DNA of 64,000 nucleotides from Eledone cirrhosa. Lineage: Eukaryota. A program made the translations under genes and the position numbers. Shown here piece after piece: positions 25,797 to 39,394 of the stretch. The stretch spans positions 98,394,001 to 98,458,000 of the forward strand of contig OZ024746.1 in NCBI GenBank assembly GCA_964016885.1. Reading direction: 5' to 3'. Each line of letters starts with the position of its first letter. The first letter of the stretch is position 1. The notes beneath the pieces were generated by a model that saw only the letters and a list, made by a program, of their open reading frames with translations, was not told where the DNA came from and did not search any database.

Positions 25797-26125
25797 CTTT
25801 ACACAGACAACCATCTCCAACTGATCCGAGTGGATCCCCAAGCGTGACCAGCCAATTTCATGGTTATCCAAACATCTTGCTCAGGGTGTACCCTGTGTCT
25901 CATGCCGGTTGGTTTTGTCCATAAAATCTGTCCAGCGATTCTTTCCTGAGACATTCTAACCACATGCTCATAGTATCGGAGCTGTTATCTCTCAATTCGG
26001 AGAAGTAGTGGCTCTACCTTGAGTAACTCTGATCTCCTGAGACGTTCTAACCACGTGTCCATAGTATCGGAGCTGTGATCTCTCAATTCGGAGAAGTATC
26101 GGCTCTACCTGGAGTGACTCCAAGT
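25797..26125 (-). mobile_element. RTE-clade LINE 3' fragment with an internal duplication of about 89 bp
   Basis: Homologous to 32425-32722; LRIERSQLRYYGHVVR repeated. Confidence 0.75.
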
Positions 26126-26466
26126 TAAAGCCAGGAAATATATTTTCTATGCCTAACTTTACGTCTTCACAAAATCAAGTGTGAATGTCGATTCCATTGA
26201 AAGCTCAGTGAAGTGATGAATAATTTAAAGTGTGACTACCAATAAACAATTTGAACATTCTACTGGTAGATATGTGCAGCGGATACCCAAGAGATTTTAG
26301 TATTTCGTACCTGGTTCATTAACACTTAATAGAAATGTCTTTATTCCTATATAGTTCTTAATCGACGTTGACATTTATTCTAAAGAACAGTTGTTTATTT
26401 TAATTAAACTTACTCCGAATTCCAGTGAACTTACTTGTTGCTTTGTAATCTTCTATATATAAATTT

Positions 26467-26630
26467 ATGTGATTCTGTCACAACACGTAAAGAGAGAGGA
26501 GTAGTTTGATTACCTCATACTACTTCTCTCTCTTAACGTCTTTCACGCAGGCAGCAGATGTAAAGAGAGAGGAGTAGTATGGGGGAGTCAAACTACTCCT
26601 TTCTCTTTACGTGTTGTGACAGAATCACAT
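26467..26630. repeat. Nested inverted repeat (MITE-like)
   Basis: Outer arms ATGTGATTCTGTCACAACACGTAAAGAGA / TCTCTTTACGTGTTGTGACAGAATCACAT; each arm is itself a hairpin of AGAGAGGAGTAGT. Confidence 0.85.
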
Positions 26631-26859
26631 TGTAAATGTATGTGTGTTTGTTTGAATATATGTGTGTGTTTGTGTGAATGTATGTGTGTGTTTGTTTGAA
26701 TGTATGTGTGTGTTTGTGTAAATGTATGTGTGTGTTTGTTTGAAACTCTTCATTTGCAGTCTTGTACTCTCAGTTGCTTCACGCCATGAAACCAGGATGA
26801 GCACCGACTCAGGATGAGCACCGACTGCTTGCAGCCCACGAGGGCATGAATGGATGCAT

Positions 26860-27210
26860 GCTATCCAGGCTACACTCATTACTCAAACTTTACAACGGAA
26901 GGCTGTGTCTGTACTCACCCTCTCACTCAACTCTCTCACAACAAAGAGTACCAGTACTCTGGCTCAAAATTCTGTCCTATTATTCTTCCAAGGACAACTG
27001 TTGCCTCTACGGCTCTTAGAACTTCTCGAGCCACAGACGAATCTTCGATCATATACTGCCCAAAGCTTCGCTACAAAGTTACCTTATCACAACTCCTTTA
27101 CATTAATCGGTTTCAATATTTACAAGCATTCCCCTCTGGCCACTACAAAGATACTCCAAAGGTTCTTGATCCTTTTCTCACCTCCAAACCTAGCAACTAC
27201 CTAGCAACTA
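26860..27210 (+). pseudogene. Degenerate APE endonuclease fragment of a CR1/Jockey-group LINE
   Basis: DTPKVLDPFLTSKPSNY resembles the APE LDLFLT motif; GYTHYSNF..GCVC resembles the N-terminal part. Confidence 0.4.
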
Positions 27211-27376
27211 CTGTGCGTGCGCATGTCTCTTTACACAAGTTTGACTATCAAGTCAACGTTCCCGACACTGGAAATGAGACTGCAGAGGGCAGAAGGACAG
27301 AAAAGAAATGAAAGCAGAAACCAAAGAAAGTAAGAACAAGTGTTATACGAAGGTTGGCTGAAAAGTTCATACATAC

Positions 27377-29160
27377 ATGGTGGCTGCCAACTCGTTTTCG
27401 AGTACGGCCACTACTTTATATCCATGTAGGAGAACCCCTACCGATGCGCTGAACGAGTGTGACTTTTTATTCCAGCCAGCGACTTGAAAACTCTGGTACA
27501 AACACTACCCTTGTGACAATTATTGACACATAGTGCTGGGTCCATGGTACCATGTGACGACAAGTGCAGAGAGATCTCCAGATATAAAGCAATGCCTGTG
27601 CCGTGAAGCTTTTATAGTGAGCAAAGGCACTGCACAAAGCCAGTCCCACTCTCTTAACCAAGATGATATTTACCAAAAAGAAGAACAAGTCAACATCATT
27701 GGATACCATCAGAGTTGCAGGTGTTATATCAGAGTTTTCCTTCTCCTAGAATTCTGCCTTGACAAAGTCTAAGCGGTCATCTCTCCCGGTGATTTTAGAT
27801 GGCCATTGACTCTTAAGAGCTCCTTTGCCCTTTGACAGGTTTTGTTTTTAGTCCTGCAGGATGTCCAAAGTCACCCTCCTCACCAAGAAACCTTGGTGGG
27901 GTTGCCAGTTTAGTCGCCAACGACCCGACCATGGGACAGGTTGTACTGGGATACATGTTACCAGTAGCACCAACTGACATATGTATATACATACATACAT
28001 ATATACATACATACATATATGCATACATACACACACACATACACACATGCATGCATACATACATACATACATACATACATACATACATACATACATACAT
28101 ACATACATACATACATACATACATACATACATAGTGGCTGCCAACTCGTTTTCGAGTACGGCCACTACTTTATATCCATGTAGGAGAACCCCTACCGATG
28201 CGCTGAACGAGTGTGACTTTTTAGTCCAGCCAGCGACTTGAAAACTTTAGTACAAACACTACACTTGTGACAATTATTGACACATAGTGCTGGGCCCATG
28301 GTACCATGTGACGACAAGTGCAGAGAGATCTCCAGATATAAAGCAATGCCTGTGCCGTGAAGCTTTTATAGTGAGCAAAGGCACTGCACAAAGCCAGTCC
28401 CACTCTCTTAACCAAGATGATATTTACCAAAAAGAAGAACAAGTCAACATCATTGGATACCATCAGGGTTGCAGGTGTTATATCAGTTTTCCTTCTCCTA
28501 GAATACATACATACATACATACATACATACATAATGATGGCTGCCCCCTCGTTATCGAGTATGACCATTGCACGATATATCATTATTAATAATTATTAAT
28601 TAATTATATCGTGCAATGCCTGTGCGTGAAGATATTTTTTAAAGTGAGGAAAGACTGTGCACTGAGCCAATCCCACTCTCTGAGCGACAGTAGCTATAAC
28701 CCGAAAAGAAGAAAAGATCAACATCATCGGTAACTACTGAGCCGCAGGTTTTATATCGGAGTTAACCCAGTTTCCTGAGTTGCCTTCTCCTATAAGAATA
28801 CCCTGACATAGGCTAGGGGTCCTTCACTCCCAGTGGTTTAACCGCGCGATCGGGTGTCCAGCCCGACTATGTCTATGTCCCCGCGCGTATACATACACAT
28901 GCACCCATGTATATACACATATCCATATACATACATATGTACATGTGTATATACATATTTACACACTATTGGATGGCCGTTGCCTCTTATGAGTTCTTCC
29001 GCCCTTTGTCAGGTTTTGTTTTTTGTCCTGCAGGGTGTCCAAAATCACCCTCCTCACAAAGTAAACTTGGCGGGGTTACCGGTTTAGTCGCCGACGACCC
29101 GACCATGCGACAGGCTGTACTGGGTTACATGTTACCAGTAGCCCTCAAGAGTGACCCGAC
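27377..29160 (-). mobile_element. Cluster of four RTE-derived non-autonomous elements separated by (CATA)n
   Basis: Family A 27377-27978 and 28132-28503 (near-identical to 56110-56719); family B 28535-28888; 5' piece 28972-29160. Confidence 0.7.
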
Positions 29161-29191
29161 ATCCATCCATCCATACATAAATACATACATT

Positions 29192-29509
29192 GAGATATGT
29201 TAGTAACTCCCTCAGTACAAATCTTGTGAAGCTGGGCTTCAGAGAAATAGAAAGAACACGACTAATAAGGAAATTACAAGTACAATCCATTAATGGAACA
29301 GTAAAAACGTGTAAACCATTCCAAAAAGTCTGCATCTAATAACTGCGTTTACATATTACAGATGCAAAACATAGGCACATGCACACATATAACTGAAAAT
29401 ATATACATCTACACATACAATAACATCCATACCTACACATACAGACATATCTACTCTACTTAGTTGATGTTGTGTAACTTCTAATGACAGTCTTGTATCT
29501 ATGTTAGAA

Positions 29510-29593
<84 letters not shown>

Positions 29594-29641
29594 TCTCTCT
29601 CTCTATTGGCAAAAATGTATAAAATTATAAAGACAGAAGAA
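29192..29641 (+). mobile_element. 3' fragment of the R4/Dong-type LINE
   Basis: Matches 50853-51223 (RKLQVQSINGTVKTCK and 3' UTR) with an expanded (CT)n. Confidence 0.85.
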
Positions 29642-29653
29642 CACACATATATA

Positions 29654-29854
29654 CGAGGGTGGGCTAAAAAGTTCATAGGCTGACTATGAAGGAATGATGC
29701 ACGGCTGTGAAATTTTGCATGTATTAATTTCAACTCTCTTCTTATTAATAACTGCATTGGTTTTCTTTTCTGGGACTATGTTGAAAACAAAACCTCATTT
29801 GGTCATTCCATGAGAGTATCTTGGTCAGCCTATATACTTTTCAGCCTACCCACG
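29654..29854. mobile_element. Tc1/mariner MITE
   Basis: TIRs CGAGGGTGGGCTAAAAAGTTCATAGGCTGAC / GTCAGCCTATATACTTTTCAGCCTACCCACG with TA flanks; lone TIR piece at 27345-27371. Confidence 0.75.
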
Positions 29855-30336
29855 TATGTATCATAATTTCTTGATTAACCTAGTCTTTCATTAACATTGA
29901 TTGCATCAGAAATAAATGTAGATCAACCCGTTAATGTATGCAGAGAATTGCGTGTATTTCAAGAAGCTGTCTTTCACTGAAGCAGAAGATATTAACACTT
30001 TAAATATCGAAAACCAAACAAATATAATGAAGTCTTTTCCAGGTGTGATTCATCGTCACGATGTAGCTTAATTTATTTTCTTTCGTTTAATCATTTTGCT
30101 TTTATTTTCATCATTTTCAATACATGGAAGCTGGAAATCATTCGGATATTCTAAAAAGAATATTAGTTTAATGATTTTTTCATAGCAAAAATGTGTTGCT
30201 CTTTTTTTGTTGCTTTTTTTTTTTGTTTGTTTGTTTTTTCATAAGCAGAAATTGTTCTTCTCGCTCCACATAATGACGTAATTATCTTTTGTGGTTATGA
30301 AAACGGAAAAGGAAGGGAAAGGCAAGGGCTCTAGTG

Positions 30337-30535
30337 GCGCTGAGCTGGCCAGTCGCAGGTGTGAGCCTCGCGAGATGGAATGGCTCTTCCAGCGCATCTC
30401 CCTTACCATCCTTCGGGGAAACGCTTTCTACATTCTGTCTGCCGGGGCTGTGGGGAGGCCAACACGTGGAACCCCATTTTCTCACCATACAGAGAGATGG
30501 GGAGGGCGAGAGAGATGGAGGCGATGACAGTGGGA
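30337..30535 (+). mobile_element. CRE-type LINE 3' fragment
   Basis: GAELASRRCEPREMEWLFQRISLTILRGNAFYILS; a more diverged piece lies at 31370-31460 (-). Confidence 0.8.
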
Positions 30536-30579
30536 GTTCGGCCCTTCAACGTTCGGACTATATCCTTGTGGTTGTGTTC

Positions 30580-30760
30580 TGACAGTATCGGTAGCGCGTC
30601 AGACGCCATGCTTTGCAGCATAGGGTTATGACCCTTTACGTTCTGAGTTCAAATCCTGCCGAGGTTAACTTTGCCTTTCATCCTTACGGGGTCGATAAAA
30701 TAAAGCACCAGTAATGCACTGGGGTAATTGCTGGCCTTGTGCCAAAACTAGAAACAATTA
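30580..30760 (+). mobile_element. Main-family SINE
   Basis: B-box, core and tail. Confidence 0.85.
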
Positions 30761-31292
30761 TCTATAGATAGCAATTTCGTCAAACTTGGCATTTATCCAA
30801 TTTCTTGAGTCACGAAGAGCCCTTGTAGTTTGATTGAAGTTTGAAATAAAATATCAAAGAATGAAATCGTATTAGATACAAAACAGATAGAAAAAGTATA
30901 TCGAATTCGAAGTATTATTTTTTAAATATATTTTCCATTCGTTTTCATCCCAAGCTATTCAATGACTGAAATATGGGTTGAAAGAAAGCTGGAAAATAAA
31001 TGTTGAAAACATGTTTGGCGTTCACAATTTGTTTATTTCTTAGAGAAGAAAGCAGCTTTTTGATTTTGTTGTTTACTATTTTCACGAAATGTCAACAGTC
31101 GTTGTTGAAACAAGAAAAAGAAGAGCAAAAAAGAAAATTTAGATTAAGAAGAAAGAATGGAATGGCAAATAGTAAAATATAAAGAAGAAAAACAGAAAAG
31201 GGAGGGAATGGCAAGGACTCTAGTGTCACAGAAGAATGGTGAATGAGGGGAGATTGGGTTCTGGGCCTAGGGCGCCACGTATTGGAGCTGTC

Positions 31293-31369
<77 letters not shown>

Positions 31370-31854
31370 CCGTGGACATTACCACAAAAGCATTCCCGCG
31401 GATAATGGCCAGTGACACCCGCTGCAAACAAGAAAATAGATTCCATTGTTGGAAAGCACCAAAACCCACGCACTTAAAATGATGTTTAAAAATAATGCGG
31501 AACTTGTAAATGAGGAAATGCCATTAGAAGATTGTTGATCTCAATGTTAAGGCGCTGATTCAGTTATGCAATAATGACTATAAAAGTTGACATCAACACA
31601 GGATTAATGAACAAAAATTGTAAATCTATATTTTTAGCTATTGGTCAATCAATGATAAACATTCATTGCAAGCTGAATTAATTATAGAAATATAAAATAT
31701 ACTGAAGCGAAAACCAACCCAAACCAAACAGTGAGAGTGTTTTACTATATATTTTTCTGGCAATATCATAACATGACCCTCCCCAAATTGTAAATCTATT
31801 TTGGAAAAATTCTATATTCATTCTCTTAATCTGTTTTGAGTACATGCTGTGTGG

Positions 31855-32055
31855 AGCCACGTGGCCTAGTGGTAAGGGTGTTGGACTTATTCCAGTATGC
31901 TCAGCTGAAAATGAGTACCAGCAATAGGTGGGGATTTAACCCTGCGATGAACTAGCACCCTGTCCAGGGGAGAGTCTCGTACTCTCAGTCGCTTCAGGCC
32001 ATGAAGCTGGGATAAGCACCGCCTCAGCGTGTTGCTTGCAGCGCACGAGGGCATG
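31855..32055 (+). mobile_element. Internally deleted tRNA-derived SINE (V-domain-like 3' part)
   Basis: A-box TGGCCTAGTGG; CCCTGCGATGAACTAGCACCCTGTCCAGGGG; tail also at 26757-26850. Confidence 0.6.
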
Positions 32056-32327
32056 CATGCACATGCTGCTGTCTTTGATGTATTGAAAACAAACATTTTA
32101 GGCTTAATTCAATCCAATTATTATGATTTTCTGTTTGGCGTTCTACAAAGAAAAGAGCTGAAAGATGTTATACATATAGCTTTTCAAAGCTGAATCTGAA
32201 ACTTAGTGGAATTCCAGAAGGACTGTGAGGCCTGTTCATCAATACTTTTACGCCGCGAGGGGACATTTGCAAAGAAACGCTCGATTATAAAAATGAAACT
32301 ACTTGATACAAAATATGATGCAAGCCA

Positions 32328-32722
32328 GTCGTCGTCGTCGTCGTCGTCGTCGTCTTCTTCTTCTTCTTCTTCTTCTTCTTCTTCTTCTTCTTCTTCTTCT
32401 TCTTCTTCTTCTTCTTCTTCTTCGCCCACTTATTCCTGAGAGGGTCGTGAGGACATAGTCCGCAAACAGTCCCTCCAGTGGGTCCTGTCAGAAGCAACCA
32501 TCTCCAACTGATCTGGCTGGATTCCCAAGCGAGACCAGCTAAGCTCATGGATGCTATCCAACCATCTTGCCCGGGGTCTACCCCTGGGTCTCCTACCTGT
32601 TGGTTTTGCTCGTAAAACCTGTCCAGCGATTCTTTCCTGACACATTCTAACCGCATGCCCATAGCATCTGAGCTGTGATCTCTCAATTCGGTGAAGTAGT
32701 GACTCTGCCTGGAGTGACTCGC
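32328..32722 (-). mobile_element. RTE-clade LINE 3' end with (GAA)n(GAC)n tail
   Basis: IERSQLRCYGHAVRM..GRRPRGRPRARWLD..ASDRTHWR. Confidence 0.85.
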
Positions 32723-33244
32723 TGATCGCCGAGCTACGTACTTTATTGAACACCAAAGACCCTTCGGAGGAACCCCATTTCGGCCGCTTGTATTGCATTA
32801 AATTTTGAATTTCAATTTCTTGTTTATGCCTGGATTTTGGAATTAATTTAAGATCATATTATTAGCTCCCATGGTGCTGCTTGTGATTTAAGGACCCTTC
32901 ACACTCATTTCTGTAAACAGTAGAGATGCATCAATAAGAAAAGAATGCCTAGTGAAAAAATCAATTATGTAGAGCTTTCTCCGAAAAAAACTTTTGATTA
33001 TCTCCATAATTAAATGAAAAAGAATTATTTGTCGTCCTTTGGATTTATTTTAGATGTTTGAGGAATACTGTGATTGGCTCAAATGAAACAACATTCGTAA
33101 TGTTAATATCTTAACGGAAAGTTGCAGGGACAACTTTATGATACTGATACTAATATTGGCAGATTTGAGCTTTATAAAGTAATCTTGAAGAAATGTATTA
33201 AGAAATTAGAGCTTTATGAAGACGTCAGTTAAATTGATGGCAGT

Positions 33245-33960
33245 ATTGGACTGGTACTTTATTTTATCGACCTCGGAAGGATGAAAGACAAAAGTTGACC
33301 TCAGTGGGATTTGAACTCTGAACGTAAAGAACTGCAACTAATTGCTGTGAAGCATTTTGTCCGAGGCTCTAACGATACTGCCTATACACTTCCCTGCTTG
33401 CTCTTAATATAATTGTTTCTTCTTTCGGCACAAAGCCAGCAATTACCCCAGTGTATTACTGGTACTTTATTCTATAGACCCCGTAAGGATGAAATTAACC
33501 TCGGCGAAATTTGAACTCATACCGTAAAGGGCCATATCTCTTTGCTGCAAAGCATGGCGTGCGACCCTCTACCGATACTGCCAATTCACCAACCATTAAT
33601 ATAATTGTTTCTATTTTAGGCACAAGGCCAGCATTATCCCAGTGTATTACTGGTACTTTATTTTATCGACCCCGTAAGGATGAAAGGCAAAGTTAACCTC
33701 GGCGGGATTTGAACTCAGACCACAAAGGGCCGTAACTCTTTGTCGCAAAGCATGGCGTCCGACCCTCTACCGATACTGCCAATCCACCTTATGAACCCAG
33801 GTTATATCTAACTGAGTACGTCACTTGTGGTTATTTTATTGGTTCAGAAAGAATGAAAGGTAAAGTTGACATTGAGGGGACTCGAAATCAGAAGGTAAAG
33901 CACCACCACCAAATAACCCAGTGTTTAGTCCGGCACTCTGCTATTTCTACTGCTCCACCA
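33245..33960 (-). mobile_element. Head-to-tail cluster of four SINEs
   Basis: Cores at about 33250,33460,33650,33830. Confidence 0.85.
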
Positions 33961-34947
33961 TGTTTTACATATTAATACTGTGTATCAAGTAGCATTACCA
34001 GTATAGATCAAGGTATTAATCTTGTATTTACACATAAGGATAATTTGGAAAGGCCGGGATAATGTATATGAAATAAAAAGAAATCTTGTAGTCATTACGG
34101 TTCATGCTACAATGACGGGTGTATGGGAAACAGTGAAACAGGTCAGGATTTGGTTTTAATATTTAGTATAATCTATGGAAGCTGCTGTACGAATTGAAAC
34201 ACTGTTATTAAATAAATGTCCCTGATTAATACTAGGGAATTTTCCTCGACTTTCCGGCTTATCTCCTGATAAAATCCAATAATTTCACACATCCAGTTCG
34301 TTAGGTCAATTAAACAAGATTAAAATATATCGTTCCGGAGCAGAAGGTGTAAATCAGAGATCATTTCATCGAATAAGAGACCAGACAGGAAATACAGTGA
34401 ATTGGAATTCGATATTAAAATAGGAATTAGAAGAGATAATATGAAAGACAATCTGGCATATAAATTAGAAGAGAAACTGGATTTACTGTTCGAACATGTA
34501 GGAGAAATACATATATGTGACATCAGAAAACCAACTAATTTGTAAATGACAGATCAGTTGAATAAGCACACCTAACAAATAGTAAATCTGCGTCGTATAG
34601 CCGCCATCCAGTCACTTCTACAAAAATCCAACATTAGACAACATTAGACAGTTTGACAGACAGATTCCTTTTGATATTCAATACATGTACACGCTTCTCA
34701 CAAACAAAGTTGGAAATGAAAAATCTAATTAACTTGTTATCTTGCAAATGATCTGATTTTATATAATAGCAGTAACTCTTCTGGTGAACCTTGTTAGTCA
34801 GTCATTCTTAGATTTATTTTCTTTCTTTCTGACTTTTAGTAATGATAGAATAAATATATGCACGCATTATGAAACAGAAGGTCTAAATATCATTGCAATA
34901 CAACGATGATATAATTTCTAGAAATATGCATACATACACGGATTCAT

Positions 34948-35275
<328 letters not shown>

Positions 35276-35353
35276 TTCAAACTCGCTCACCGTTTTAAAA
35301 TCATACTTACATGTTTATAATTTGTTTGTTTATCATTCATATATATATATATA

Positions 35354-35407
<54 letters not shown>

Positions 35408-35720
35408 CAAAGGGATATTTAATTTGTTGGTAATTCGACAAATATATATATTTATAACAGATTCGAAGCACTCGACAGATTTTCTGGTTGTACCTTGTTG
35501 TAAAAGTTGTACCTTGAAATATATATAATAGAATAAATATGGTTTTATAAATATAGCTTCCATTTATTAATATCATTGATATATATTTATATATATATTT
35601 ATATATATATATTTATATGTATATATTTATATATATATTTATATATGAGTGTGTGTATGTTTTATGTATTTCCGTAATAAAGGTAAAGGAAAGAAGAGTG
35701 TTCTATGTATAGTACAGAGC

Positions 35721-35912
35721 TATTTAATTATATAATAAACAACACAATATAATTATTCCATTACCCAAGGTTTCACGAAGTTAGACGATTCTAACAGATG
35801 AATAGATATTTCATCTGATGAATGAACTAGACGTTTCTGTTAGAATTGTCTAATTTCGTGCAACCTTAGGTAATGGAATAATTATATTGTGTTGTTTATT
35901 ATATAAATAAAT
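35721..35912 (+). ncRNA. pLTR hammerhead (35807-35880) preceded by an inverted partial copy of itself
   Basis: Stem I TATTTCAT/ATGGAATA; CTGATGA; long stem II; GCAA in the sense arm but GAAA in the inverted arm; GUA site; paralogue 61115-61190. Confidence 0.7.
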
Positions 35913-36020
<108 letters not shown>

Positions 36021-36266
36021 GGGGGGGGATAAAAACAAACTGTTTTCCCCATATTCTTATTATTCTTATCAATATGTAATTTAATTGTATTATACACTTC
36101 CGTCGTTGAAAAAGCGTATAAGCTGAAACCGGTACAATTAAATGCGGAAATTGGTATTTGTGTAAATAGATGTTTTGATGTTATTCTCAGAGAAAATCTC
36201 TTTTGCATTTTCTACTGCTTTTTTCTTTCTTACTATTCTTTTTATATATATCAACTCATGTGTCGC

Positions 36267-36415
<149 letters not shown>

Positions 36416-36532
36416 TAATAATAATAAATTTGAAGACTAAAATCCAAAGAGGGCTCGATATCGGCTTCCTGTTTTCCTTCGGTTTCAAGGTTTTTCGAAA
36501 TATTTACTTCTGCGTTCACAGATTAATTTGTT

Positions 36533-36586
36533 TAGTTTCAGAAGATCCCGTTAAGGGTGAAAGCATCGATTCTTTGCTTAAACTTT
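36533..36586 (+). ncRNA. Hammerhead-like fold, U4A core (CAGAAGA)
   Basis: TAGTTT-CAGAAGA-TCCC gttaa GGGT-GAAA-GCA..TGC-TT-AAACT. Confidence 0.55.
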
Positions 36587-36816
36587 AATCTGTTATTTTG
36601 ATAAATATATATATATATAATGTGTCGAATAGTGACACATTATGTAATGTATAGAAGAGATAGGGTTGCTTCTGACAGGACCCGATGGAAGGAGTATTTG
36701 AGGACTCTCCGCACGCGAAAAAGACCTCGAAAGGATAAAATACAAAAGCGACCTCAATAGGGATTGAAATTAGAGCGTAGCTTATCGCAACTAATATCAT
36801 TATGTATTCTATCTAA

Positions 36817-37153
36817 GGGCGGTGGATTGGCAGTATTGGTAGAGCGTCAGACACCATGCTTTGTATCACTCAGTTATGGCCCTTTACATTCTGAGAGCAA
36901 ATCCCGCCAAGGTTAACTTTGCCTTTCATCCTTACCGGGTCGATAAAATAAAGTACCAGTAATACACTGGAGTCGATTTAATTGACATTCCCCTCCCTCT
37001 CATATTGGTGGCCTTGTGTCTACAGTAGAAACAATTGTTTTTAAAACTATTTTTGTAGACACCATACTTTGCAGTATAGAGTTAAGTCCCTTTACATTCT
37101 GAGTTCAAATCCCGCCGAGGTTAGCTTTGCTTTCATCCTTACGGGGTCGATAA
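36817..37153 (+). mobile_element. Two tandem main-family SINEs
   Basis: GGGCGGTGGATTGGCAGTATTGG head at 36817; second core at 37100. Confidence 0.85.
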
Positions 37154-37293
37154 ACACACACACACAAACACACAAACACACACACAGGCACACACACACA
37201 CACTATGTTTTCCTCCTGTGCAGTCCTAATATTTCCTTAATGTAAACCCTTTATGGTAAATAAAGAAATCATTATTATTATTATTTTTATTAT

Positions 37294-39381
37294 TCTTTGA
37301 GTCTCAGTCATTGATGTTATTTAACTGGAAAGTTTGTTGAAATGAATATCAAGACACTACCTGCAGCCTCAGATATTCAGGACCTATCGGAGGGTTCTTG
37401 TTGTTCCCAACAAGCATGCCTTTTGAAGTGTTCCAAAAAGCGGGCTGGACTAATCCTCTTTAACCATCCTTGGAAACTCTTTGAGGTGGTACCTAGTGCG
37501 CCTATGACAATCGGGACGACCTTGACTTCATGGCAGTTCCAAATCCTTTTTACCTCCCACTTTAAGTCCTGGTATCAGTTAATTTTCTCCCTCTCCTTTT
37601 CTTGCACTCTCGTGTCAAAGGGGCAGGCTACATCTACAATCAGTCGCGATCTTTTTTCCTTGTCCAAAACCACCAGGTCAGGCCTATTGTGTTCTAATTT
37701 TTTGTCCGTTTGTATCCTAAAATCCCATAGCACCTTCACCTGATCGTTTTCTATCACCGACTCTGGCTTATGCTCATACCACTTCTCAGAATGTGGTAAA
37801 TTGTTTACTTTGCATAGGTGCCAGTGGATCACCCTGCCCATCACATCATATCTCCAGCCTTTATGGTGAGTCTGGGCTAGGTGTTTACACTCGGATAAAA
37901 TGTGAGCCAGTCACCTCTCTCTCTCCACAGATCCTACACAGTGGGTTGGCCTCCTCCTTGTAAATATGGTGTTTCAGCCACTTCGTTCTGAGGGCCTGCT
38001 CTTGCGCAGCCATTAGCATTCCTTCTGTAGCCTTTTTAAGGTCTCCTCTTTTTAACCAGTTCCATGTCTGTGGATCTCTAAATTCAGTTTTCTTAAAGAA
38101 GGTACTATGAAGGGATTTTTCATGAAGGTTGCTCTTCCTCCTTGTTGTTATTTCCTCCTTGGACATTCCCTGGTCTATTGTCTTCTCCTTCAGTACAATT
38201 TTGAGCATTGGCTCCCTACTGTCAGTCACGTATCTGTGCAGGTTGTTTTTCTCCCTCTGAACACAGTCCTCTATGCTGATTAGACCTCTTCCACCTTCAG
38301 ATCTCCTTAAGTAGAGTCTATCGACACCACTCCTTTTGTGGAACATGTTGTAGATAGCCAATAACTTCCTAGTCTTCCTATCCATTTCTTTTTTGTTCAG
38401 CAACATTCCATTTCAGAATTCCCGCACTGTACCTAATAATAGACACAGCTCGGGAATTTACTGCACTTATGACATTCCTATTATTTAGATGTGATTTTAA
38501 TACGCTCCTTACTCTCCGAATGTACTCTATCTTATCAATTCCTTCATTTTTTTGTTGTTCTTGATGTCATCTGGCTCCAGAACACCTAAATATTTGTATC
38601 CTTCTTCAGTGTCAATTTCCTTTATCATCTCACCTGTTGGTACCTGGATTCCGTTGCTTCTGCTCAATTTACCCCTCTTCATCACACTTACTAATACCAA
38701 ATTCCATACATATATCATTGCTGAAAATACGGACAGTGTCAACAAGTAAATCCAACTCCTTCTCACTCTTCCCAAAGATCGTCCATGAAGAGTAGGTTGT
38801 TGATGGTAAGTTCTCCTTGTCCCAACTTGTATCCTGCTCTCACTTTTCGCAATATAATGGTCAGGAGTATCAGGGCAAGGACAAATAGCAGAGGGGACAA
38901 ACTATCTCCCTGGAAGATACCTCTCTTGATCTTCACGCCTCCCAAGGATTCTCCACCCGATGTTAACTCTGTTTCCCAGGACTTCATACTTTTTCCCAAC
39001 AACTGTCTGATGTTATCTGCCACCTTGAAGATCTCTAGGCTTTTGGTTATCCAAGAATGAGGTACCATGTCGAATGCCTTTTTGTAATCTATCCATCCCA
39101 TAGCAAGACCAGTGTGTCTCCTCTAGAAATTCCTCATTACCATCTTATCAATAAGTAACTGGTCTTTTGTACCACGGCTCTTCTTGAGGCATCCTTTCTG
39201 TTCGTCCGGTAACAAGTTGTTTGTGTGGAGGTGATGGTAGATTTCCTCAGACACAATGCTTGTTAACAGTTTCCACATTACGAACAGACATGTGATAGGT
39301 CTACAGTTGGTAACATCATTACCCTTGATTCGGTCTTTCATTACCAGAACTGTGGTACCTTTTGTCAACCACTCTGGTACC
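37294..39381 (-). mobile_element. Dong-like R4-clade LINE, 5'-truncated, in a (TAA)n tract
   Basis: WIDYKKAFDMVPHSW, GIFQGDSLSP, LLFMDDL, CRICGE..SH, RPDLVVLDKE..DVACPFD; ATT/TAA repeats at 37271-37293 and 39382-39394. Confidence 0.9.
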
Positions 39382-39394
39382 TATTATTATTATT

